Part shown: positions 48,230-59,968 of the stretch, piece by piece
How positions within the stretch are numbered: position 1 is the first letter of the stretch
Layout: every line of letters starts with the position of its first letter
From: Vitrella brassicaformis CCMP3155
Taxonomy: Eukaryota; Protista; Chromerida
NCBI GenBank assembly: GCA_001179505.1
Contig: CDMY01000364.1
Span: 1 to 64,000, forward strand
Length of the DNA stretch: 64,000 nucleotides
Reading direction: 5' to 3'
Translations under genes and position numbers: made by a program
The notes under the pieces: model-generated
Told to the model about the DNA's origin: nothing
Database searches by the model: none
What the model saw: the letters and a program-made list of their open reading frames with translations, nothing else

Positions 48230-48370
48230 GACACTTCACGTCGAGGTCAGGTTCTTGGCGATTTAATGAGTGCCACACACCACATTTTTCGGTGAGGGTG
48301 AGGTGCGGCGGGTCATCCTGCCTACAGTGGAAAGAAGATATGTCGAGTATAGGCTGGTGTCCATCCTGTG
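48230..48370 (+). pseudogene. 5'-truncated FKBP-like remnant
   Basis: GEGEVRRVILPTVERRYVEYRLVSIL* with no intact N-terminal half. Confidence 0.6.
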
Positions 48371-48965
48371 AGCTCTCTGCTCGTGGGTGTGGCGACAGTG
48401 CGTGTGTGGGAGGTGGTGAGTGCTGTCTGCCTTCATTCATTCATTCAGGCCACCTATGCGTTTATGTATTGTGGCCATCGATGTGACATGTCGTTCTCGT
48501 GTGTGTCTATGTATTGTGTTTCACACTGACGTGATGACTCGGTGGGTCTAATGTTTGTGCTTATCATAACGGACAAATTGGCTCGTTGTCACATACGTCA
48601 CAATCAACCCATCGCCGTCCGACCCGCCACCCAGCCACACTCCACGCTGAAGAACTGTCTGACACCCCTACACACACCGGTCCATCCATCGCCTACATCT
48701 GCACACAAGCATCAGATATACGCGCACAATTGCGAAAGTGACAGTAGCCAGTCAGTCGACGGCACGCAGAGGTCAGTAAAGATAAGACAGCTAACCGGAA
48801 GGCCAGAACAACCTACAGACGCTCCTGCATCCATCCTTGCATTCACCCATCAGCGTCACTCCCTTTGCCCGCCCTCGGGCTCCTCTGCTGCCCGATAAAT
48901 CGACGAGTCAGTCAGGCACATTCACTGAGATCGATGCCTTCCATCTCACACTCAATCTCACTCTC

Positions 48966-51623
48966 TCAGAACCGCCAGCAGCCTGCACTCCGGAACCGGG
49001 CCTTCCTTCTATCGTAGCTCAATCTGGCCGGGACAATGACCCGCCGCACCTCACCCACACGCATGTCAGTGAGGGTCTCCTGCCACCACTCAGCACAGTC
49101 AGACCCACGCCACTCCACCCCACGCTCCTCGACTATCTTCTCTTGTCCGTAGAAGTCGTCACGCCAGTCGATGTAGTCGACCTTGACCCACTGGTCACGT
49201 GTCGGTTTGGGTCCATTGCCCGCCGGCGGCCGCACCACTTGGTGATAGGCGCCAGAGGGGTACAGAGTGGATCCTTCGTGGCTGCTGTCGTTATTGGGCG
49301 CCATCGTAGCTGGTGGTGGTGGTGGTGGTGGGCCGAAGCCCACAGGAATCCTGGCAAAGACAATACCAAAGAGCACCGCCCACACATAAAGTGAATGCTG
49401 TGAGGCACATCGACGTCCGCAAGTGTCAATGCCCCGACTCATATGATGTCCAATAGCCGCATCTCGATGTAGGCATCCTTGCCAGTGGTGCTAAAGGATG
49501 CCGGCAGGATGACCCGCCGCACCTCGCCAACACGCATGTCAGTCCACATCTCCTGGAGCCACTCACGTACATCAGACAGACCGAACTCCAGCCCACTGCC
49601 CTCCCCTCTCTTGTCCTGGCCGTCAAAGTCGTCAGACCACTCGATAATGTCGGCCTTTATCCGCTGATCACGGGTCGGTGTGGGACCGCTGCCCTCCTGC
49701 ACCACCCAAGACAACACGCCCGTCGACCGCCTCCTGCTGCCATCGCTGGCCGCCGCTTCTTCTCTTGCTAGTGCTGGCGGTGCTGCTGCTGCTGCTGCTG
49801 ACGGTGGTGGTGGTGGTGGTGGCCGCTCGGAACCGACAGAACTCCTGACAAGAAAATACCAAAGAGCAATGCGCACATATGAATGAGCCCCGTGGCGCAC
49901 ACCAATCCTCACACGTGTGTGAATGTGCCCGACTCACCGGATGTCCACCAGCCTGTACTCGAGATATCTCTCCTTAAAGTTTCCGTTGCCTGGCACGAAT
50001 ACGCGCCGCACCTCACCCACACGCATGTCAGTGAGGACCTCCTGCTCCCACTCAGCCCAGTAAGACACACGACCCACCACCCCACCGAGATCATATTCCT
50101 TGTCTTGTCCGTCGAAGTTATCACGCCACTCGATGATGTCGACCGTGACATTCTGTTCATACGTCGGTTCAGGCCCACTGCCCTCCTTGACCACTTGATA
50201 GTAGGCGCCAGACGGCATCCGTGTGAAGCCGGCGGGAGTGCTGGTAAAGACAACACCAAAGAGCACCGCCCACACATAAAGTGGATGCCGTGAGGCACGT
50301 GTGAATGTACCCCGACTCACAGGATGTCCAAAAGCCGCAACTCGTTGTAAGCATCCTTGTCAGTGGTGCTAAATGGCGTCGGGACGATGACCCGCCGCAC
50401 CTCACCAACACGCATGTCAGTGAGCACCTCGTGTTGCCACAGACCTCGAGCACACGGACGATCCACCTCCCCCCGCCTCACGCACACGTTGTCTCCGTCG
50501 AAGTCGTCAGCCCACTGGATCCAGTCGAACTTGACGCGTTGGTCACCTGTCGGTTTTGGCCCACTGCCCGGCTGCACCACTTCAATCAGATAGTACGCGC
50601 CAGACGGCATCTGTCTGAAGCTCACAGGAGTCCTGGCAAAGAAAACACCAAAGAGGAGAGGATGAGCAACACCCACATGCACACCATGTGAGTGCCGTGC
50701 CACTTGTGCGTGTCTCTCACTCCTCGTCCATAATGCCGATCAACCGCAGCTGACGGTACCAGCCTCTATAGCCGTCTGGCACTTTGATTTGCCTGATCTC
50801 CCCCTCCCTCATTGACAGCACCGCCTCACGCCACCAATCACGCTCATCAGACACACGAGCGACCACCCCACGGTGATCGTAGTAAATGAACTGGCCGTCG
50901 AATCCATCACGCCACTCGATGACGTCGTACTTGACGCGGTCGTTGGCCGTGGGCGCTCTGCCGCTGCCCTGTCGCACCACCTTGTGAAGTGCGCCAGACG
51001 GGCGCTGAACGAAGCCATCGTCGGCCGTGTTGTCGTCTTTGCCGGCCGCCGCCCCTTCATCTGCCGCTGGTCTCGCTGCTGGGGTTGGTGCGGGTGCTGG
51101 TGGCTGATCGCCTTCCTTATTCTCTTGGCCTTGGTCGATGTCGACAGCCGATCTGACCACCAGCACCAAGTCGGGGATAAAGCACACCTGTCTGTGTCTG
51201 CTTGTTCAGGTCGCTCACTTGTCGTGTTCGATGCAGAACTTGATGTGCGAGTAGAATGACGGCTTGATGGCCAACCGCTGGCCATTGACCTCGAACTCAT
51301 AGCCGCCTTTGACATTCCCATAGACAAAGTGACCATCCAACAGCCCAACAGGTTCTCCACTCATGACGGCAACACACCGCCCTGCACAGACACACAGACA
51401 CAGACACACACAGACACAAACAGTCAGAGTGACGTTCACTTCAGCGTGAGATCTGCATGTGTGTCGGTGTTGGCTGACGTCCTCTGAGTTCGCTGATGCG
51501 TTGGAATAGATTCAGCCGTGATGTGAGCTGGATTTGCGACCTCAGTGGTGTGAGTGGTGGTCGCACAAACCCATCGACAGCCGCCCAGGGCACCATGAGG
51601 ACGGCAAACAGCCACACGACCAT
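48966..51623 (-). CDS. Plastid-targeted tandem FKBP-like array gene, paralog of 35188-37439, five modules (fifth apparently decaying)
   Basis: Leader MVVWLFAVLMVPWAAVDG-FVRPP; GGYEFEVNGQRLAI domain; modules at about 50717-51030, 50317-50630, 49934-50250, 49439-49850 and 48966-49350. The donor after module 4 is mutated (AT|atgagt). Confidence 0.72.
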
Positions 51624-51708
51624 CGTGACAGTCACGACACACGCCCGATTTGTCGCTTGTTCTCTGCTGTTGATGAATCAAATGCCTCCAGATCGCAGGT
51701 GGGAGCTC

Positions 51709-51848
51709 TTATGGCTGTTCTCCTAGCGGAACGTCGCTTCTACAGAAGGAAAGCACGCGATCGGCCTGTGGCTCGGAGTCTTCCGTGCGTGAACCGCTCT
51801 CCCGTCGGTGAGCCGGAGCACCTCGTAGGTCAACTGATCTCACGGTGA
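51709..51848 (+). pseudogene. Truncated copy of the leader exon of gene 37529-38257
   Basis: MAVLLAERRFYRRKARDRPVARS... is homologous to 37529 onward, but no FKBP exon follows. Confidence 0.45.
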
Positions 51849-52923
51849 GGCACACTTGCAGATCTTCACTAGAATGAATGATTCATCACTGTCCTCTTTT
51901 GTGCGTACGCGTAGCTGTGTGTGGAGCATTCGCCCGACCCATGGCGGTGATTGTCTCTCACCCGTCACTGCAGCAGAGCTTTGTGCTGTTTCTGGTGGGG
52001 CCTCCACCTCCCCAATATCTTCGCCGAGGCTGAATGATCTGACGCGAGTTACCGGACGCGCAACCTCTCAGCAGCACCCGGTGGGTGGCACTGAATGATG
52101 GGTCGATCTGAACGGACGCTGAGCTGCTTTTTGGTATGTGCAATCAATCAGATGTGGCGCATTGGCAATGGCTGGCACCGGATGATAAATGCATCGAAGG
52201 AGGAGGAGGGTGGAGTGAGTGAGTGAGTGTATTGGTTACTGCTTCTAGTGGGGCGTCGGAACACATGCATACCAGGCAGAGAGCGGTGTGTGTGTGTGCG
52301 TGCATGCGTGTGTGTGTCATGATGTTTTGTGACAACCTCGACAAATCATCGCACAGACTCGCAAGCAGACACAGATGCTGTCCGTAAAATCGATTCGTTC
52401 ACGCAATGGGTCTGCACATATCAATGTCCGCACCACACACAGTGACAGAAAGCTGCCAAGAGAGAGAGAGAGAGAGGGAGGCAGGCCAGACACTCACAAA
52501 TAGCGTCATCAGTGACCTAGTCAGCGGCGAGCACCCCAAAGTGACAAATGAATACCCTCCTATCTCTCCGCCCACCCCGTCGTACGACTGTCTGTCTGTG
52601 TGTGGGCACCGCAGCCGCACATCGGCACCCGCCCTCCACGGCAGCAGCATATCCACACACATCACCACTGCAGTAAGGGGCGTGCGGCATCCATCAACCA
52701 AGCCACACAAGGCCGCCCAACTCGTGCCATGACACCATGCACAAAAACGCCAAGGCAGAACGCCACAAGACAAGAAAAGACAAGACAAGACAAGACAAGA
52801 CAAGACAGGACAGAACCGCAGCGAGTTATGTGTGAGTATATATAATGATTTTGTACAAGTAAGTATATCGGATGTCACCGCAGTGATACAGACAGACAGA
52901 CAGACAGACAGACGGCCTAGCTA

Positions 52924-54240
52924 TTATGCACATACAGGTATGTATGCTGGTGTGTGTGTCTGTAGAGAGGGTGCCCCTCGCCCCGTCCATGAGCCCACCG
53001 GCCCATCATCCCCGGCTGTTCAATGTGCGTGTGTGTTCCATGTGGATGAGTCGGATCTCGACGTACCGCTTGGTCTTGCCCAGCCGATGCACACTCGGAG
53101 GCACTATCATCCTGCACACAGCAGCACACACACAATACATACATCAACACGCACCACCAACCTTAGCCACCCACCGACCTGCGTATCTCTCCGACCCGCA
53201 TGCTGAGGACGGCCTCCCGCTCCCAGGGGAAATACAGGTCACTCACCACCACAGACCAGCCCTACACATAATTGGTTGATAGCCACACACACACACAGAC
53301 GCACACACCCATAAGTGATGCCATACTCAATCCTCGCCCATCTGTGTGTGTGCGGACATGCCTTCTTGTGGACCATCTTGTTGCCCTCGAAGTAGTCGTA
53401 CCTGCACACACAGACAGAGACCACACACGTACGTCTACCCAACATGGGCACACACACGCACGAGCTGACCAGACGGTGTAGTCGATCTTGACGGTTTGGT
53501 TGAGGTAGAGAGGGAAGGTCCCCTTGCCCATTTGCACTATCTGGAAGCGCACACCCAACACAGATGTCTGCGGCTGAGCGATGAAGGCCAAATCGTTCTG
53601 GTGAGCCGAGGGCAGCTCGTCGGGGATCGACGCCGATAGGCTTGTGGGTGTGCTGGCGCTGCTGCTGCTGCTGGCGCTGGGCACACCCACATTGCTGAAT
53701 CAGACAGACAGACAGACAGACAGACAGATCCTCACAACACATGGATGGCTGCATGCGGTGTGTTTGTGGGCACTTCTTGTGCACTGTGTTGTTGGCGATC
53801 TCAATGCCGTCGGGGCACATTATCTGCTTGACATGCTCCTGCCGAATGTGCCGCCGCTGCCCGGCGGCCACGTAGTAGAAACCGCCGTGTGCGTCAACGA
53901 AGGCCTCACGGCCGAAGAACAGACCCACAAACGCCTCTTTGTCTTCCATCGCCTTCGCAAGACCATTCCACCACACACACAGCGCACTCCGTGATGCTAT
54001 GAATGGTGCATCCTGGGATGAGCTCTTTTCGTCGTTTTCTCACTTGAGGCGGTGTTGTGGGTCTTCTGTCGTCAAATAACAGCACAGATCTTCGTAAAGG
54101 CCAGATCTGCGAGCTCAGGAGAGCTGGCATCTGCGAGCTTGGATGTGGGAGCAGTAAAGAGAGTCAAAGAGGTCAGTAGGCCGTCAAGGAAGGCGTCAGA
54201 GTCACCAGGCAGGCACAGATCTGGAGTCGGATGTCATGCA
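52924..54240 (-). CDS. Intron-interrupted FKBP-like gene with the same small GQR N-terminal domain
   Basis: DAHGGFYYVAAGQRRHI resembles GKGGYEFDVNGQRLAI. FKBP pieces VLGVRFQIVQMGKG...QTVKIDYTVW|YDYFEG...|WEREAVLSMRVGEIRR|MIVPP...RYVEIRLIHME are split by at least three introns. Start uncertain. Confidence 0.6.
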
Positions 54241-54605
54241 TGTTGCCGTTCTGGTGTGCTGGTGTTGTGCAGTTTCGTCGAGCGCTGGTAGCTGTAGAGG
54301 CGGCCTTTGTGGTTCGAAGCAGACGCCTTCTTGACAGATCACGCGCTGCCACACGCAGAGGTGAACAGAAAAGGCACACGGGGGCTGCAGCACTCTGTTT
54401 GCACGGGGGAGATGCGAATTGATTGTTCGTTTGACCGGTGGCTTTGCAGGCTGGAGTGTCGTCGTGGTGTCGCGAGGCAGTCAAACAGGTGAACAGCGCT
54501 CAAGTGAATGAGTGAATGCAAAGAGGTCGAGCTGTTTGTATGTGGGCTGGCGTGACGGCTGCAGGGTTGGTTGAGGTCTGATCGATTTGACTCGTGCGCT
54601 CGCCA

Positions 54606-56156
54606 ATGATGGATGGCACCGAAGCCGTAAGCAAAGACACATCGCATCAACATGATCACTTCACCCAATGAGCCTGTCTTCCGACACGTACACATGCTGT
54701 GTGCAGGCTGCTGCTGCTGCTGCTGCTCTTGTCACTATCGACGTGTCAGGTGACTGCACACGTGATGGGTGACCGACTGCATGAATGTAAGATTTCTTGT
54801 TTGCAGGCACGGACGAGTGGCCTTCAGGCGTGGAGCGCGTTCAGGGGACCGTCATCGACACGGAGCGGACCTGGCCGCAGCTCAAAAAGGCCATTGCCAA
54901 CAAGGGAGCAGTCGGCGAAGCACCACCTGGCCTTCTCGAGGACAAATACTACGATGGGAAAGACTACTTGTGTCTGAGCCTCCCAGTCAAACAGGTGGGC
55001 ACCACCAATGGCCACATGGGGCAGTGGCTTGATGTTATCTGTGTATGTCACTTCAAGAGCGTGAGGAGGTGGTGAAGAACACCACCGTGATTGTAGCTGA
55101 GGAGCTAGCGCGCAAGGTGACTGAGGAGAAGATGAAGATCATCATCTACGACATGCTCTCGCGCGAGGACACCGAGCTGACCGAGACTCAGGAGATCATG
55201 GACAGCTCCCACCCTCTCTACAGAAGCGCCTCAGAGCGGGAAAGAGACGGATACGCCTACATGGCTCTGGCGAAGGACGTCATACCAAGACACACAGCCA
55301 TCGGTAGGCGACTGACGTCGAGCAAACAATCTGCTTCTCACCTTCCCGTTCTGTGTGGTTGTCTCAGGCCTGTACGGTGGGCGCCTGGTGGCGACGACGG
55401 ACAGGCGGTGCAAGCCGGAGAACTACAACCGATTCTACATTTATGGCGTGGATGCCTACCAGACAAAGAAGGGCAATAACATCTTTCATCTTGATGGCTT
55501 CAGATTTAGAAGCGCCGCCGGTCAGTCAGCAGGCAGGCAGGCAGGCAGTAAAGATGGGTAACCTTGTGACTTGATATGTGTGTGCCTGTGTGGTGTCTCC
55601 TCTGTCCAGGGATGATGACCCGCGTGGCATGACGGGCAAGAGCGCCAATGTGGTGGCTCAGCCTTTTGAGTTGTTCGGCGTCCCTTTCATCTGCCATATT
55701 TCACTCAGGGCCATCAACAAGGACGAGGTACTCACACACGACGCCCGCACATGCTTCAAAGGACTGACGGTTGATTGGCTCAGGAGGTGCTGGTGGACTA
55801 TGGGAGGGATTACTTCACAAGTGACGATTGGAGGGCTCAGGAGAAGAAACAGGTGCCTACTTCCAATCAATGGCAGCACACATGTGTATATTCTATGTTA
55901 TCTGCGTCATTCAGTCGCAGCAAGCCATGGAGGAGCTGCGTCGGTTGAGGGACCGACAGCCGTTGCTATCTGACGTCAAAGAAGAGGCAGATGGTACGCA
56001 GGCGTCGCATTGATACTTAAGACATTGCCAGGCAGATGTGTGTGAATGTGTGTGCAGCGTTGAAAGAAGGGATGGCCAAGAAAGACGAAGAGATTGCCGC
56101 TCTAAAGCAGGAGGTGGAGCAGTTGGCGCAGGTGCAATGTCCCGCCAAGAGGTCAC
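54606..56156 (+). CDS. SET-domain-like protein with a C-terminal coiled coil (possibly spliced to the downstream BTB-FKBP cassette)
   Basis: Motif order ALAKDVIPRHTAIGLYGG, FHLDG...RSAA, DDPRG...ANV and RAINKDEEVLVDYGRDYF matches the SET fold (A..DI..G..IG.Y.G / DG...N / R.I..GEEL..DYG..YF). One internal splice is unresolved. Confidence 0.6.
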
Positions 56157-56241
56157 GTGGCGTCGGCACCGAAAGTACAGAGGCCCTCCGTCTATAGTCC
56201 ACCCACGTGTGTGTGCTGATGTCTTGTATTTACGCACGTAG

Positions 56242-57969
56242 ATGTGCTACCCGACGGTGACGCCACCAGCTCCAAGAAACGACGTCAAGACCAGCACAAT
56301 GGACCAGCAGCACCAGCAGCAGCAGCAGCCAGCAAGGGCGACAACATTTATGAGGAGTTCAGCGCCCAGGCGATTTTCAATGAGCTGCACATGCCTGTGA
56401 CGGCCATCAGTGACGCCATCACCCAGCTGCACGCCCGGATCCGCCAAGCTGACGACGATGCTCAGCGAGAGAGGCAGAAGCACGGCGCATCGGACCCATC
56501 AGCAGCGTCGCCCGATGACATTCTGCTGCTCAATGTGGGCGGCAGCGAGTGGCGAGTGAAGCGGAACCACATGACTCAAGGGGAGGGCGTGGAGGGCACT
56601 CTGCTGGCGGCGCTGTTCTCGGGCTGCTGGGACGGCCGGCTGGTCAGTCACGACAAACAGCGTGTGTTCCTCGACATCTGCCCGGAGGCCTTCAAGACCA
56701 TCCATACGGCCATCCTCAACGCCGCCACCCTCCGCCAGACGGGTAACGCCGCGTCAGTTGCCACGCTGCTCGACGAGGCATCGAAGCAGAATAGCTACAC
56801 CGGTAAGGGCCATGAAGGCGACTACACACTCATCCCCTCTTATCACACTTTTCGTTTGTCTGGCCGTGGTGTAGGTTCCCATGGCTTCTGGATCAAGCTG
56901 CTGCTGTCGCCACTGGACAAGGCGGCCTCAGCGGCCCCTCCCGGAGGCGTCGCTGAGCCGCGCCTGTCCGCCACGGACAGCCCTGCCGCGATGGGCGACG
57001 CCGTCAGGACGCTCGAAGCTATCATGAAGGCCATCGTCAAGGAGAAGGCCCGGCTGGAGGGCCAGCTGCTGGCGGCACAAGGACGACGTGACAAACTCGA
57101 CAAAGAGATACAGGTGACGAGATGCGCCCAGAGGGAAAGGAGGCGCCTTGATGTGGATCGGTGGCTTGTGCACCTGGCAGGCCGTCATGCCCTTCCTGGC
57201 GCCTCTGAGTGGCGGCGATGCCATTCGGTCTGTCGACGTGTGCGGGAGTCTCATCTCGACGGTGCAGTCCACCTTGGACGAAATGGGCGACATTGGGGCT
57301 TCACAACCGATTCGATATGTAAGTTAAGCCAACCACACACATCATTCAGATGTCCCTCAATACGGGGTTTCCGTCAGGTGGTCGCGCACACGTGCGGTTG
57401 AGGTGGTGCAGCCCGACCACATCTGCCGTATGGTCGATTACTATCGCCGCAAGCGGCTCGGTGCGTCGGCGGCCGACATGGCTGCGGTGCTCAAGATGGC
57501 CAATTCGACAGAGCAGGCGGCCTTCGACATCAACACGGCCATGTACGGCGTTGTCAAGCCCGACACACACACCACACACGGCGCGCAGCAGACCAGGTAC
57601 GCAGATGGAGAGCAGCGCAGGAAAGCTGCCCTCGCCGTCTATCTGTCATGTTTGTTCCTTTGCAGCGACATTGATGGCTTCATTGAGATGCCATCTGGTG
57701 TGCGCTATCGCATCGTCACGGAGGGCACCGGCAGAGTGCCGACACTCAACGACCGCGTCAAGACCGACACCATTGCGTGGAGTGACGGATTCGACGGCCG
57801 GAAGAAGGCATTCGATTACCGTGGGGAGGTGCGTCGTGTGTCTGATTTGGCTGAGTGGTGGCGTAAGGCGGTGCTGCCGATGAGGGAGGGGGAAGTGAGG
57901 CAAATCAAACTGCCACGCGGATATCCTTATCCCCGCTATGTTGAGCTGCGTTTGATCAGCATAGAGTAG
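56242..57969 (+). CDS. Tandem BTB + FKBP-like domain (RVPTLND subfamily)
   Basis: EEFSAQAIFNELHMPVTAI...LLLNVGGSEWRVKRNHMT...; phase-2 intron ACCAG|gtacgc...ttgcag|CGACATT to GFIEMPSGVRYRIVTEGTGRVPTLND...YVELRLISIE*. Confidence 0.8.
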
Positions 57970-58401
57970 GAGAGAGTTCACACACACGTGGGGGCGGCTG
58001 TGTGTGTCACACACTCATGTGTGTGGCCGGGGGCTCCTCCCTCTCTGCCTGGCTGACTGTGTGCCTCGACATTGTGAGCCACCGAGGGAATGTGCTGTGA
58101 TTTTCGTTTAGCGCAGCATCGTGTTGTGCGACGTGTGTGCCTGGGGAGCGTGGGTGTTTGTGTGCGTGTCGCATGTCTTTCACTCTGTCTGCCTGCCTGC
58201 CTGCCATGATTGGGTGGGTTTTTCGGTCGGTCGGCCACTCACAGCCACTGTGTGCGGTGCCTGACACACATAATGTCTGTGTTTGCGGTGACCTCGCGCT
58301 GAGTTGTTGTGTGTCAACGCATGTCGCAATAGACTCGCATTCACCGCCGACGCAGCCTCACAGAAAAACTGCACATGCCCACACTACCAATGTCATCCGC
58401 A

Positions 58402-59832
58402 CTATGTCTTCTCGGTTGTGGTGGGCGCGTTGAGCATCGGCTCCCCGTAATACTTCTGATACTCCTCCGCGTTCACTGACACCCAGGACACACAAGATAC
58501 GTGTGAGTATTGGACCTGTGTGTGTGTGTGTGTGTGTGTGCTGGTACACAATAACCATGTGCAACCGTACTTTTGTTTTCGAGTGCGATGACGTCTTTGG
58601 CTTTGGCGACTTCGTCGGCCGGCAATGCATCCACCACATCGCCCAAACGATCCCTGACCACATACACGCAGCATCACACAGCAGGCACACCAGCACATCC
58701 GTGTGTGTGTGACACATGCGCACGGTGTGCAGATGGATGGATGGATGGATGGATACCTGACGGTCTTGAGCGCTCTGGCGATGAAGTCTGGACGCCAAGA
58801 CAAAGACGCACAGGTACAAGGCATTCGGTGCGCCAGGCAGCCACGCTTTGTTGCACTGACCTGTTTTGGTGCGGTCTATGTCGCCCACTTTCAGCGAATT
58901 CGCCCTCGGATCGAAATACTCGAGCAGCGTCGTCAAGGAATCGACCGCCTCGCCGCCGGCATTCCGCACCTGACGTCGACGGACACGCGTACGTGCGCCA
59001 ACGTGGTGTGTGGAGGTTTGTCGTGTGTGCACCTGTTGTTGTCTGTCTTGTGGGGCGTACAGCGCTAGGATCTGAATGTTCTCCTTCAGCCGATAGTTGT
59101 CCAACATGTAACTCACAGCCTGATCAGACACACAAACATTCATTCATTCATTCATGCACACCTCACTGTCCGGGTGTGTGTGTACCCGTACGTACCAGCT
59201 TGATGTTGGCTCTCTGTGCATCTCTGAATTTGCCGCTGCGAATCAGACGTTCCTCCTGATTCGTCGCTGCACACGCATCAAGCAGGCGCCCACACACAGA
59301 CAGACGCACATGTGCATCTGCTTGTATGAGTCTGTTGGCAACGCACCTTCAATCACCCGCAGAATGCTCACAAGCGGCTTCTGAATGGGCGGCAGGCCAG
59401 TAGAGGAGTCCGCATAGGATGACGAGAGGGGCAAGAGCAGCCCAGCCATGATGCCCAGTGCCCACATCCCTCCATCACCCAGGTTCTCTCTCCGTGTGTT
59501 TGTCACACTCATGTGCAAAGCAGATGGGCTCGGTTGCCTGTAGGCAGACACAGAGATAGATGCTTGTGTGTCTGTATGTGACGCAATTGTGGAGAGCTCA
59601 CCTTGTCGATGGTCTTCGAAAGCTGGTCTGCGTCTGTGTCTGTGTGTGTCTGGAGAAGGGAGAAACCACACAAACAGTCAATGTCTGTGTTCCCACATGC
59701 AACAGCATATGTGTGTGTGTACCGTTCTCTCCATCCATCTGTCCTCGACGGCAGCACAAAGCCGATCACAGAGCAGCACAAGAGGTGAACAGTCAGCAGC
59801 AACAGGATGAAAGACGGCGGAAGATCTCTCAT
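58402..59832 (-). CDS. Thylakoid-lumen protein, PsbQ-like helical family
   Basis: Tripartite leader: signal MRDLPPSFILLLL...VIG-FVLP, transit, then Tat-like TRRE...ALGIMAGLLLPLSSSYA. Mature exons EERLIRSGKFRDAQRANIKLAVSYMLDNYRL...LLEYFD...LPADEVAKAK. Family assignment is from recalled algal homologues only. Confidence 0.55.
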
Positions 59833-59968
59833 TCTTCTATGCCCGATGGTCATTTGCTTCACTGTGCAGACCCGAAAACAGCGAGAGGAAGGCAGAAAGG
59901 CGACTCGGAAGCGGCGCTGACGATCGCCGATACAGCTCGCAGTGATTGGAGAAAGCAAAAGCGAAACG

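Noticed and set aside
54787-54806. Apparent 20-nt intron (gtaagatttcttgtttgcag) in the SET-like gene
   Set aside because: An upstream donor at about 54750 gives a normal 57-nt intron and a coherent frame from ATG 54606.
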